DNA of 24,794 bases from Dehalococcoidia bacterium (GCA_046758985.1 JBHIBI010000001.1:1-24794), one strand, 5' to 3'. Shown: positions 8,336 through 15,890, counted from the stretch's first letter. Numbers and translations: made by a program. Notes: a model not told the origin generated them from the sequence alone.

Positions 8336-8388
8336 CACCGACGGCTGGAATGGGGCTGCGTGTCAAGAACGGGCTGCGCCAGGAGCCC

Positions 8389-9267
8389 CTAGCCGCGGAG
8401 CGAAGGAGAGAACCGGGAGCCCTGGATAGCGGGAGCTAGGAGGCTGCTCAGAATCCAGACGAACTCCACATCGCTGCGCAAGAAGGTCCGGCCTCCCGAT
8501 CGCTGTCCCAGCAGAATGAGCCCCAGGAGCTGCGCCCGGTAGATGAGGGGGAGACAGATGATGGACGCACTATCGGAAGAGATGGGTTGAAGCTCGGGCC
8601 AGGAGAGACAGTCGCCCCCGGCCGTCAGGACGTCCCCTAAGCGGTAGACCTCGGCCTCGAGACGCTCCAGGGCCGGCTCCGAAGGGGTGAGCAGTCCCCC
8701 AGGGAAGCCCTGAGAGCTCACCAGCACCAATCGCCCCGCCTCGGCCCGCAGGAACAGGGCCACCTGGTCTACACTGAGGCGAGCTTTCAGCGTCGCCATG
8801 AACACCCTCAGCACTTCTTCGGGGTCACCTTGGCCCAAAAGGGTGCGGCTCAACTGGATGACCGGCGAGTAGGCCCGCAGACGTTGCTCCTCCCAGCAGG
8901 TCCGGGTACGGTCCAGGACCTCACCTACCGTCTGGAGCAACTGCTCAGGGTAGATGGGCTTCAGCGCCAGGCCCTGGGCACCCAGCTCCAGAGCACTGAT
9001 GGCGTTGGCCAGGGTCCCATAGCCGGTGATAAACACGGCGGCCGCCTGGGTGCTCTTCCTGGCCTCTTCCAGAAACTCAATGCCCCCCATGTGGGGCATC
9101 TTGATATCAATGAGCAGCAGGTTATAGTCCCGGCTCTTGAGCTTCTCTAGCCCCTCCTCCCCAGAGGGTACCCCCTCCACCTGATAGCCCGCCCGGTGGA
9201 GCACCCGCATCAGGGACCTGCGGACAATCTCCTCATCCTCGACTAAGAGAATGCTCTCTTTGGCCAT
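8389..9267 (-). CDS. Response regulator, REC plus GAF domain, no catalytic or DNA-binding output
   Basis: Start MAKESILLVEDEE at 9267 (SD GAAGGGAG); intact LIDIKMP, ITGYG, LALKP; GAF-like C-terminus SIICLPLIYRAQLLGLILLGQR...FLRSDVEF. Confidence 0.88.
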   Translation of the reverse strand: MAKESILLVEDEEIVRRSLMRVLHRAGYQVEGVPSGEEGLEKLKSRDYNLLLIDIKMPHMGGIEFLEEARKSTQAAAVFITGYGTLANAISALELGAQGLALKPIYPEQLLQTVGEVLDRTRTCWEEQRLRAYSPVIQLSRTLLGQGDPEEVLRVFMATLKARLSVDQVALFLRAEAGRLVLVSSQGFPGGLLTPSEPALERLEAEVYRLGDVLTAGGDCLSWPELQPISSDSASIICLPLIYRAQLLGLILLGQRSGGRTFLRSDVEFVWILSSLLAPAIQGSRFSPSLRG

Positions 9268-10618
9268 CCCGCTCTCCCTTCGTGGAACCGGGCAACGCTG
9301 GCAGGGTGATGGTAAAGGTGGTGCCCTGGTCCACCACGCTCCGGACGGCGAGCGCGCCTCCGTGCCGTTCCACAATCCGCTGGCTCACCGTCAACCCAAG
9401 ACCGGTGCCCTTGCCCGGGGGTTTGGTGGTATAAAAGGGGTCAAAAATACGCTGAAGCTGCTTCTTGGAGATGCCTATACCCGTATCGCTAATCTCCACC
9501 TCCACGCCTCCATTCTGCTGGCGGGTGGCTACCGTAAGGGTGCCACCCGAAGGCATGGCATCTAAGGCGTTGGTCACCAGGTTCAGGAAGAGCTGCCTCA
9601 ACTGCTCCCCGTCACCCCACACCAGGGGAAGGGTGGCATCCAGCAGGGTCTCGACCTCCACGCCCGAGGACTCCGTACGTACCTTGGCCAGCTCTACCAC
9701 CGACAGGAGGGCTCCATTGACCTCCTCCCGACCCCAGACGGGCTCGTCCTGTCGGGAGAACTCCAGCAGGCTGCGTAGGATACCCCTGGCTCGCTGGACC
9801 TCCTGGTCAATAAGCTGCATGTCCTCTCGTACGGCCTCCGGCAACTCTCCCTGGGCGAGCAGGTAGGTCAGGTTCATAATGGACTGGAGGGGGTTGTTCA
9901 CCTCGTGGGCCACGCTGGAGGCCAGCTCACCGATGGCGGCCAGCTTGGCCGACCGGATGAGCTGCTCCCGCGTCTGCTCCAGCTCCTTCAATTGCATCCG
10001 GAGTTGCTCCGAAAGGCGGGTGCTCTCCATGACGGCACGTACGTGGGAGGTCGCCATCTCGATCACCTGGATCTGCTTCCGGGAGTACGGCTTCCCATTG
10101 GTCCTAGCCGACAGGATGAGCACCGATACCGGCTCGTCCTGACTGCCCAGAGCGATGAAGAGCTCACCTCCCAGCCGCCCAAAGACCTCCTGCTCCCCAG
10201 CCGGGAGGCCTTGCCATTCCGGTAAAGGTGCCAGCTCCCGGAAGGTCACCACCTTCTGCTGGAAGCCCAGCCAGCGGATCAGCGGGTTCTGCCAGGTAAG
10301 CGGCACTTGAATCGCCTCCGGCTCTCCCGAGGCATAGACCTCCACGCCTGTTCGCCTCCCCAAGGCCGGCGAGAGCAGATAGGCCCGCTTCGCCTTCACG
10401 GCCTGGGAAAGCAGGTCCACCAGGGAGCGACGGACAGTCTCCGGCTTAGAGATATCCTGTAGCTCGTGGACAAACCGCGACAGGTTCGATATCTTTTGCC
10501 AGCGCCTCCAAGAGGCAAGGTCCTCGGTCCACGAAGCAAACCGTCGAGCGAGAAAAACCAGAAATATATCCAGGAGTACAAGTCCTGCCAGCAGCCCCAA
10601 CGCGAGATTTAGACTCAT
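9233..10618 (-). CDS. Membrane-anchored sensor histidine kinase (TM-GAF-HisKA-HATPase)
   Basis: H-box SVAHEVNNPL, N-box QLFLNLVTNALDAM, G1 DTGIG, F-box FDPFYTTK, G2 GTGLGL; one N-terminal TM helix; GAF segment. Confidence 0.95.
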   Translation of the reverse strand: MSLNLALGLLAGLVLLDIFLVFLARRFASWTEDLASWRRWQKISNLSRFVHELQDISKPETVRRSLVDLLSQAVKAKRAYLLSPALGRRTGVEVYASGEPEAIQVPLTWQNPLIRWLGFQQKVVTFRELAPLPEWQGLPAGEQEVFGRLGGELFIALGSQDEPVSVLILSARTNGKPYSRKQIQVIEMATSHVRAVMESTRLSEQLRMQLKELEQTREQLIRSAKLAAIGELASSVAHEVNNPLQSIMNLTYLLAQGELPEAVREDMQLIDQEVQRARGILRSLLEFSRQDEPVWGREEVNGALLSVVELAKVRTESSGVEVETLLDATLPLVWGDGEQLRQLFLNLVTNALDAMPSGGTLTVATRQQNGGVEVEISDTGIGISKKQLQRIFDPFYTTKPPGKGTGLGLTVSQRIVERHGGALAVRSVVDQGTTFTITLPALPGSTKGERDGQREHSLSRG

Positions 10619-10849
10619 GGTACCTCTCGCTCCACTGCGCTCCGACCAGGAGGCTAACCCACCACCCCTCTCACCACAATGCTCTGCTGTTGCCCGGTAT
10701 TCTACCTCAATTTCTCTACTGATATAAAGCCAAGCAGAACCTCCACCCTCTAGCGGAGGAGGGCCGACGAAAGGGTTCGAGACCTAAGAAAGCCAACATG
10801 TAGGCTACAGGGGCAAAAGGGGAATTTCCACAGTACATAAGTACTGGGA

Positions 10850-11521
10850 CTACTTGATGGCCTTCAGACAGAGCCGGGAAGTGGGAGGGTACAGGAAGGG
10901 ACCCAGGCGCAGGGGCTCCACCACGGCGAACCCAGCCTGGCGCACCACCTCGGCCACCTTCGAGCTGGGCCGGAGGTACTCGGCGGTGACCTCAAGAGCC
11001 AAGATACGGTGGAAGAGCCGGGTCAGGAGATTCGTAGGAAGGGGAAGGAATTCCCAGAGGGCCAGTCTACCCCCCGGCCGTAGGACCCGCCGCGCCTCGG
11101 TGAATAAGTGGTACAGGTCTGGGAGGGCAAAATGCTTCACTACATAGGAGCAGAGGACCACGTCAAAGCTATCGTCGCCAAAGGGTAGATGGGTAACGCT
11201 GGCCTGCAAAAGGTTCACCCTGGGGTTGGTGTGGTCTGCCAGGGCAAGCAACGGCCTGCAGGCATCTACCCCTACCGGCCCCTGGGTGAGCCCCACCCGG
11301 TGGATCAGGTAGGAGAGGACGCTGGCCCTTCCGCAACCCACATCCAGCACCTGGTCATCGGGATAGAGGGGCAAACGGCGGCTCAGGCGAAAGAGGGGGG
11401 TATGCAGCAGAGGCAGTCCCCAAGGCGAGAGGACGAACCGCATGTGGCGGGCGTAGAGGCTATCTTTCGCCAGCCACCTGTTGTACTGTATAATAGTAGC
11501 CCGCTCTTCCGACTCTTGCAT
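10850..11521 (-). CDS. Class I SAM-dependent methyltransferase (type 11, UbiE-like)
   Basis: VLDVGCG, LPFGDDSFDVVLC, RRVLRPGGRL. Confidence 0.88.
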   Translation of the reverse strand: MQESEERATIIQYNRWLAKDSLYARHMRFVLSPWGLPLLHTPLFRLSRRLPLYPDDQVLDVGCGRASVLSYLIHRVGLTQGPVGVDACRPLLALADHTNPRVNLLQASVTHLPFGDDSFDVVLCSYVVKHFALPDLYHLFTEARRVLRPGGRLALWEFLPLPTNLLTRLFHRILALEVTAEYLRPSSKVAEVVRQAGFAVVEPLRLGPFLYPPTSRLCLKAIK

Positions 11522-11650
11522 CTGTTGAAGGAGGCCTCCTGGGCCCGGCTGTACGTGGCCGCACTACTCTAGTATATTGGTTGCCAATCGGCAAGAAGAG
11601 ATGCGCAGGCCCGTTGGATTTGCCCACACTGCTCTCGCATAGGGGGACAC

Positions 11651-12040
11651 ATGACGGAGAAGTACCAGCGAGAGATCGAGGAGATCCTGGAGAAGACCAC
11701 CGAGCCTGCGCCGCGGGAGACTTTTAAGGGCCGGGGGGGCGCTCCTCGGAGACGGGTGACCATCCCCCTGGGATGGCTCTTCGCCGGGAAAAAGTGGAGC
11801 ATCTCCCCGGGCAAACTGTTCCTGGCCAGTGTGCTCCTGCTTCTGGCGGCCCTGGTGATCAACTCCACTACGGCGAGGATCGTGGGGCCGCTGGTCTGGA
11901 TAGCGGTCTTCCTCTTCATCGCCGCCTACGCTATGTTCTTCATCCGGCCCGGCATCAAGTATGAGAAGCGATGGCGCGGGCGGCCTCTGGAGGAGTCCCT
12001 CTCTCTCTGGGACCGGGTCAAGAAGTGGCTCAGAGGCTAG
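11651..12040 (+). CDS. Hypothetical two-TM membrane protein
   Basis: SD AGGGGG; MTEKYQREIEEILEK amphipathic start, two hydrophobic helices, basic KRWRGR tail; GC3-biased codons. Confidence 0.8.
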   Translation: MTEKYQREIEEILEKTTEPAPRETFKGRGGAPRRRVTIPLGWLFAGKKWSISPGKLFLASVLLLLAALVINSTTARIVGPLVWIAVFLFIAAYAMFFIRPGIKYEKRWRGRPLEESLSLWDRVKKWLRG

Positions 12041-12117
12041 GGGTCAAGGACCCGAAGCGAAAGGCTGCCAGGCTCCTCGGGAGGCCTCGTGCTCCTGGAA
12101 CACCCACCATAGTACAT

Positions 12118-12151
12118 AACAGCAGCCACCGCCGAGGCGGTGGCTGCTGTT
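12118..12151. terminator. Perfect inverted repeat, probable bidirectional terminator
   Basis: AACAGCAGCCACCGC-cgag-GCGGTGGCTGCTGTT (15 bp stem) between the convergent membrane protein and reductase genes. Confidence 0.8.
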
Positions 12152-12182
12152 CTCTCACCCAAGGTAGCAGGGACATGGCTCG

Positions 12183-13997
12183 CTAGACGGCACACTCGCC
12201 CTCGCCCCGCTCCAACTTATAGAGGACACTCTTACCCCAGTCCATGTAGAGGTCAAGGGTGTCCCTATTCAGTGGTGCCACCTCACGGAAGGGGCTCAGC
12301 ACCCCCTCAAAGGCCTTGACCCCCACCCGGTCAACGAACTGGTTGAAGGGCTCGCCCTCCTGGCGGTTCTCCTGGTAGAAGGAGAGGATGCTCTTCACTG
12401 CCCCAGGTATCCGCTTGGCGGGCACCTTCACTCGGGGCAGGCGCTCTCCGTAGCGGGTGCTCTCGAAGTCCTCATATGCACCACCCAGGAACAGCTCGTA
12501 GGCGGGGACCTGGTTCCCGCTCCCCCCCTTCATGGCCGCGCCGTGGAAGCCGATGTTGGCCACGTGGTGCCGGCTGCAGCCGTTGGGGCAGCCGCTGATC
12601 TTGATGTGCAGGGAGTTGATCAGCGGGTCCTCCAGCGCCCCGTTCATGGAGGCGAGGGACTCCCGCAGGGCACTGCCCAGGCCCATGGAGGAGGTGATAC
12701 CCAGCTTGCAGCTATCGGTGCCGGGGCAGGCCACCACATCGGTGATGGAATGAGCCTCAGCCTCCCCCAAACCCATTTCCTGAAGGGCCTGCCAGACATC
12801 GTAGAGTCGCTCATCCTGCACCCAGCGGAAGGCCAGGTTCTGCTCGTCGGTGATGCGGGCCTGGCCCGAGGCGTAGTTCCGGGCCAGGTTGGCCAGAGAG
12901 CAGAACTGGTGGTACTGAACGTCGCCCAGGGGGAGCTTCACGAAGACCACGTTGTAGCCCCGCTGCCGTTGCTTCCATACGTTGGTGGCCTTCCACAGCT
13001 CGAACTCCTGGGAACGGTGGTGGCCATTGGAGGACCCACCACCTACTGGCACCGTCTCCAGCACCTCCAGCCACTCCAGCCCCTCCATGTAGGGCGTGGG
13101 GTCAATGGGTGGGATCTTCGCCAGCTCCTCCTGGATCATCCCCTTCACCGTGTCCCAGCCCAGCTTGTCGATGAGCACCTTGATGCGGGCCATCATCTTG
13201 TTCTTGCGGAGCATATCAGCGTTGCTGAAGACGGTGAGCACCGCCTGGGCCACCCGCAGGAAGTCCTCCACGGGAACAAACTCGGTCAAGGTGTAGGCCA
13301 GGCGGGGCATGATGGAGGTGGCGCCACCCACGGCGACCCGGAAGCCCTTGCGCAGGACCCCGTTCACCTCCTGGACCCGGGCAGTGAAGCTGAGGTCGTG
13401 CATCCGGGCAGCCACGCAGTCGCAGACGCCGGGGGAGAAGGCCGTCTTGAATTTGCGGGGCATGGCCTGGGTCAGGGGATTGCGGACACAGAACCGGGCG
13501 TAGGCCGCCAGATAGGGGGTGAGGTCAAAGGGCTCACCCGGGAGCACCCCCACCATGGGGCAAGCTGAGATGTTGCGAACAGTGTTGCCGCCGGCCTCCC
13601 GGGTGGTGAGACCCACGGGGCCCAGGAGCCGCATAGCCTCGGCGGCGCTTTCCAGGCTTAGATGGTGAAACTGGAAGTTCTCCCGGGTGGTCACGTGGCC
13701 CTTCCTCAGCGGGGCGTACCTCTCCGCCAGTTCCCCCAGGGCTTGGAGCATGTCGGCGGTGAGGATGCCACCGGGGACCTTCACCCGGAACATCTGGCGG
13801 TCGGGCTGGCGCTGGCCATACACGCCCTGCTTAAGCCGAAAGGCCTGAAAGGCCACCTCATCCCGCTCCCCGGCGCGGAAGGCCTGCACCTCGGCCTCGA
13901 AGAGGTCCACCTCCTCCGGCAGGTAGGGAATGATCCCCGGCGTGTGGCCATTGCTCTTCGCGCCGTTACCAGGAGCCTGTAAGGACCCCTGCGCCAT
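12183..13997 (-). CDS. Ferredoxin-type siroheme/[4Fe-4S] sulfite (or nitrite) reductase, probably assimilatory sulfite reductase
   Basis: Start MAQGSLQ at 13997 (SD GGAGG); RLKQGVYGQRQ, TTRENFQFH, PRKFKTAFS, Cys ligands ACPGTDSC (Cx5C) and ISGCPNGC (Cx3C). The Cys-codon leader peptide upstream favours sulfite over nitrite. Confidence 0.88.
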   Translation of the reverse strand: MAQGSLQAPGNGAKSNGHTPGIIPYLPEEVDLFEAEVQAFRAGERDEVAFQAFRLKQGVYGQRQPDRQMFRVKVPGGILTADMLQALGELAERYAPLRKGHVTTRENFQFHHLSLESAAEAMRLLGPVGLTTREAGGNTVRNISACPMVGVLPGEPFDLTPYLAAYARFCVRNPLTQAMPRKFKTAFSPGVCDCVAARMHDLSFTARVQEVNGVLRKGFRVAVGGATSIMPRLAYTLTEFVPVEDFLRVAQAVLTVFSNADMLRKNKMMARIKVLIDKLGWDTVKGMIQEELAKIPPIDPTPYMEGLEWLEVLETVPVGGGSSNGHHRSQEFELWKATNVWKQRQRGYNVVFVKLPLGDVQYHQFCSLANLARNYASGQARITDEQNLAFRWVQDERLYDVWQALQEMGLGEAEAHSITDVVACPGTDSCKLGITSSMGLGSALRESLASMNGALEDPLINSLHIKISGCPNGCSRHHVANIGFHGAAMKGGSGNQVPAYELFLGGAYEDFESTRYGERLPRVKVPAKRIPGAVKSILSFYQENRQEGEPFNQFVDRVGVKAFEGVLSPFREVAPLNRDTLDLYMDWGKSVLYKLERGEGECAV

Positions 13998-14020
13998 ATC
14001 TCCAACCTCCATTCGGACAT

Positions 14021-14065
14021 AAAATGAAGCGCCCCTCACCGGGTTCACCTTGCCGGGAGGGGCGC
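14021..14065 (-). terminator. Attenuator terminator (3:4 helix) in the reductase leader
   Basis: Minus strand GCGCCCCTC-ccgg-caaggtgaac-ccggt-GAGGGGCGC followed by TTCATTTTAT, 23 nt before the reductase start codon. Confidence 0.75.
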
Positions 14066-14098
14066 CGTGCTCTCGACCGCTAAAAGCTACGCGTCCCC

Positions 14099-14146
14099 CT
14101 ATGTCAGGGGACAACAGTAGCAGCAGACCAACATGCTCTTTCGCAT
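14099..14146 (-). CDS. Cys-rich attenuator leader peptide MRKSMLVCCYCCPLT
   Basis: atg cga aag agc atg ttg gtc tgc tgc tac tgt tgt ccc ctg aca tag; begins 9 nt after the -10 box; followed by alternative helices and a terminator. Confidence 0.8.
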   Translation of the reverse strand: MRKSMLVCCYCCPLT

Positions 14147-14155
14147 AGCAAGCAA

Positions 14156-14184
14156 AGTATATCGTCTTTCTCAACAATTGTCAA
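14156..14184 (-). promoter_or_regulatory. Near-consensus sigma70 promoter for leader plus reductase
   Basis: Minus strand TTGACA (14184-14179), 17 nt, TATACT (14161-14156). Confidence 0.85.
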
Positions 14185-14219
14185 TGCCTTTTGCACGTTG
14201 GTGAAGATTGCATCCCCGC

Positions 14220-14228
14220 TGCTATAAT
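14220..14228 (+). promoter_or_regulatory. Extended -10 promoter (divergent)
   Basis: TGCTATAAT 33 nt upstream of the ATG at 14262. Confidence 0.65.
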
Positions 14229-14261
14229 GGGAGCGACCTTGCGAAGCGAGGTGGTGTCTCC

Positions 14262-14425
14262 ATGGCCCGAGGTGCGCAACGGCAGTTCGTGAAGTATGAC
14301 CTCTATGCCGTGGACCCCAGTGGCGCCGGCTTGCTCACAGCGAGCGGCAACGGGCCAAGGACCAGTTCCTGACGGTGGAGGAGTTCTCCCCCCAGATGAG
14401 CATCCAGAGCTATAGCCAGGGCTAG
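14262..14425 (+). pseudogene. Frameshifted, truncated chlorite dismutase / coproheme decarboxylase (HemQ/ChdC)-family gene
   Basis: MARGAQRQFVKYDLYAVDP, frameshift in the C-run at 14315-14318, then [34 protein letters not shown]-stop. Matches the family N-terminal pattern 'QFVxY..F.VDP.WRRL...R...K.EF..VVEEF...M.I.SYS' (recognition from memory). Confidence 0.72.
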
Positions 14426-14594
14426 CCGGCCTTACGCCAGCCGAGGAGGGGGTTGCTGCCTGCCGAAAGCAATCCAGAGGAGGGCGCACATCGTATACCT
14501 TAGTGGAGTCGAGAGTGCCACCCCAAAGAGCCGTGGGAGCGGCCGCCAAGCGTATCAGGAGTTGGGACCGCATCATTCCGCTAGGAGGCGTCGT

Positions 14595-15212
14595 ATGAAG
14601 GGGCTGGCCCTTATCCCGCTCTCCATCCTGTTGCTGCTAGCAGCGGCCGCCTGCGCCGCCGCCACACCCACTCCCACGCCAACGCCTACGTTAACACCAG
14701 CAAGTGGGATCGCTGCAACACCCACGCCAACGCCGGCGGGTATGATGGAGCCAACACCAACCCCTACAGCCACGCCAACGCCGCCTCCAACGAACATGAC
14801 GCCAGAGCCGACGCCGTCGCCTTCCACCCCGAGACCAACCCCTACCTCCACCCCCACCCCAGGGCCAACCATGGTGCAGATCAGCGTCTCCGCCCAAGAC
14901 GTGTTTTTCGTTCCCGCTACCCTAGATTTCGGGCCCGGTGACACCGTTGACTTTACCGTGACCAACGATGGTGGCCTCCCCCACACCTTCACCATCGCCC
15001 TGGCCAGCGACCAGAAGGACACGGTGTTCATCGACCTATCGCTGAGCCCCGGGGAGACCATAACTGGGCAGCTCACCATGCCCCAGGAGGTCACTTCCCT
15101 CTACCTCTTCTGCCGGTTCCATGAGGCCGCCGGGATGGTGGGGACGGTCAACGTCGGCACCCCTCCCGCGGAGGGTACCCCACCTCCATCAACCCCCGAC
15201 TACTATTATTGA
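14595..15212 (+). CDS. Cupredoxin (type-1 copper) lipoprotein with long Pro/Thr linker
   Basis: SD TAGGAGG; lipobox AAAAC; PT repeats; ligands NDGGLPHTF (His) and [14 protein letters not shown] (Cys-x2-His-x4-Met). Confidence 0.88.
   Translation: MKGLALIPLSILLLLAAAACAAATPTPTPTPTLTPASGIAATPTPTPAGMMEPTPTPTATPTPPPTNMTPEPTPSPSTPRPTPTSTPTPGPTMVQISVSAQDVFFVPATLDFGPGDTVDFTVTNDGGLPHTFTIALASDQKDTVFIDLSLSPGETITGQLTMPQEVTSLYLFCRFHEAAGMVGTVNVGTPPAEGTPPPSTPDYYY
14664..14865 (+). repeat. Low-complexity Pro/Thr coding repeat (ACN-CCN)n
   Basis: Encodes [12 protein letters not shown]...TPTPTPGP; imperfect 6-nt periodicity. Confidence 0.8.
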
Positions 15213-15248
15213 AGTATTGAAGAAAAAGCACGTTGAAAGGAGGATGTG

Positions 15249-15641
15249 ATGAGAAGCAAGCTCTTGGCGACCCTGCCTTTGACTCTGGGGGTTTTGGCTG
15301 CGGCGGCTTGTGGAGGAGGCTACCAGGCGCCCGGGCCAGCGGCTACCACGCCCCCCTCGGAGGCCGCGCAAGGCGAGGTGACGGTCACCGCAACCTACCC
15401 CAGGTTTCAGCCCACCTCCATCACCGTAGCCCCAGGGGAGACCATCCGCCTCAATCTCACCAGCACAGATACCTCTCACACCTTCACCATTGATGAGCTG
15501 GGGATCAACATAGCCGTGAGCGGAGGCCAGACGATCGTTGAGGAGATGAGGGTAGAGCAAGCGGGGACCTTTACCTTCTACTGCACCGTACCTGGGCATC
15601 GGGGAGCAGGCATGGTGGGCACCCTTGAGGTGCGTGAATGA
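15249..15641 (+). CDS. Second cupredoxin lipoprotein
   Basis: SD AAGGAGGA; lipobox LAAAAC; DTSHTF and FYCTVPGHRGAGMVG (Cys-x4-His-x4-Met). Start is 15249 (ATG) or 15246 (GTG). Confidence 0.88.
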   Translation: MRSKLLATLPLTLGVLAAAACGGGYQAPGPAATTPPSEAAQGEVTVTATYPRFQPTSITVAPGETIRLNLTSTDTSHTFTIDELGINIAVSGGQTIVEEMRVEQAGTFTFYCTVPGHRGAGMVGTLEVRE

Positions 15642-15679
15642 TCCGTAAAGAGACACTGGATCGGTGGGAGCTCCCAGGC

Positions 15680-15708
15680 GGAGGGGAGCATTGCCATGCC
15701 TCCCCTCC
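15680..15708 (+). terminator. GC-rich hairpin after the cupredoxin pair
   Basis: GGAGGGGAGCA-ttgcca-TGC(C)TCCCCTCC; only a short U-tract, so efficiency is uncertain. Confidence 0.45.
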
Positions 15709-15719
15709 CTTGCTATACT
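15691..15719 (+). promoter_or_regulatory. sigma70 promoter for zinc-finger microprotein and flavodoxin
   Basis: TTGCCA (15691-15696), 17 nt, TATACT (15714-15719) with extended TG. Confidence 0.7.
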
Positions 15720-15749
15720 GGGCCTGAATGAGCCAGTCGGGGTACTCAC

Positions 15750-15869
15750 ATGGCCCAGGTCGAACCTCAGCTCCCCTACCGCGATGTCTGTAGTCACCTG
15801 ATGGGGCAGTGGCGCTGTGAGCTCCGCTGTCCCAATTGTGGGTACACCCGCGACTGCTCCGACCCGTAG
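15750..15869 (+). CDS. 39-aa CPxCG-type zinc-finger microprotein
   Basis: Not in ORF track. MAQVEPQLPYRDVCSHLMGQWRCELRCPNCGYTRDCSDP; directly downstream of a good promoter. Confidence 0.65.
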   Translation: MAQVEPQLPYRDVCSHLMGQWRCELRCPNCGYTRDCSDP

Positions 15870-15890
15870 CCACCCTTGGCAGTTCCATCA

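Noticed and set aside
9233-9267. 35-nt overlap of kinase and REC-GAF genes (and 26-nt overlap at btuC)
   Set aside because: Explained by the upstream frame reading through the downstream SD; ordinary translational coupling.
10821-10849. Inverted repeat CAGTAC-ataa-GTACTG after the methyltransferase
   Set aside because: A 6-bp AT-rich stem, too weak to call a terminator or operator.
11529-11540. Perfect palindrome AGGAGGCCTCCT upstream of the methyltransferase
   Set aside because: No loop, so a poor hairpin; could be chance around an SD-like sequence; no second copy seen.
14470-14500. ATCCAGAGGAGGG resembling the start of a SAM-I riboswitch
   Set aside because: The rest of the S-box core (GACTGGCCC, GGCAACC, GGTGCCAA, GATGAG/GATAAG) is absent or out of order, and the downstream gene is a cupredoxin.
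14664-14865. Short-period repeats that might be a CRISPR array or VNTR
   Set aside because: Imperfect 6-nt coding periodicity of a Pro/Thr linker; no repeat-spacer structure and no cas genes.
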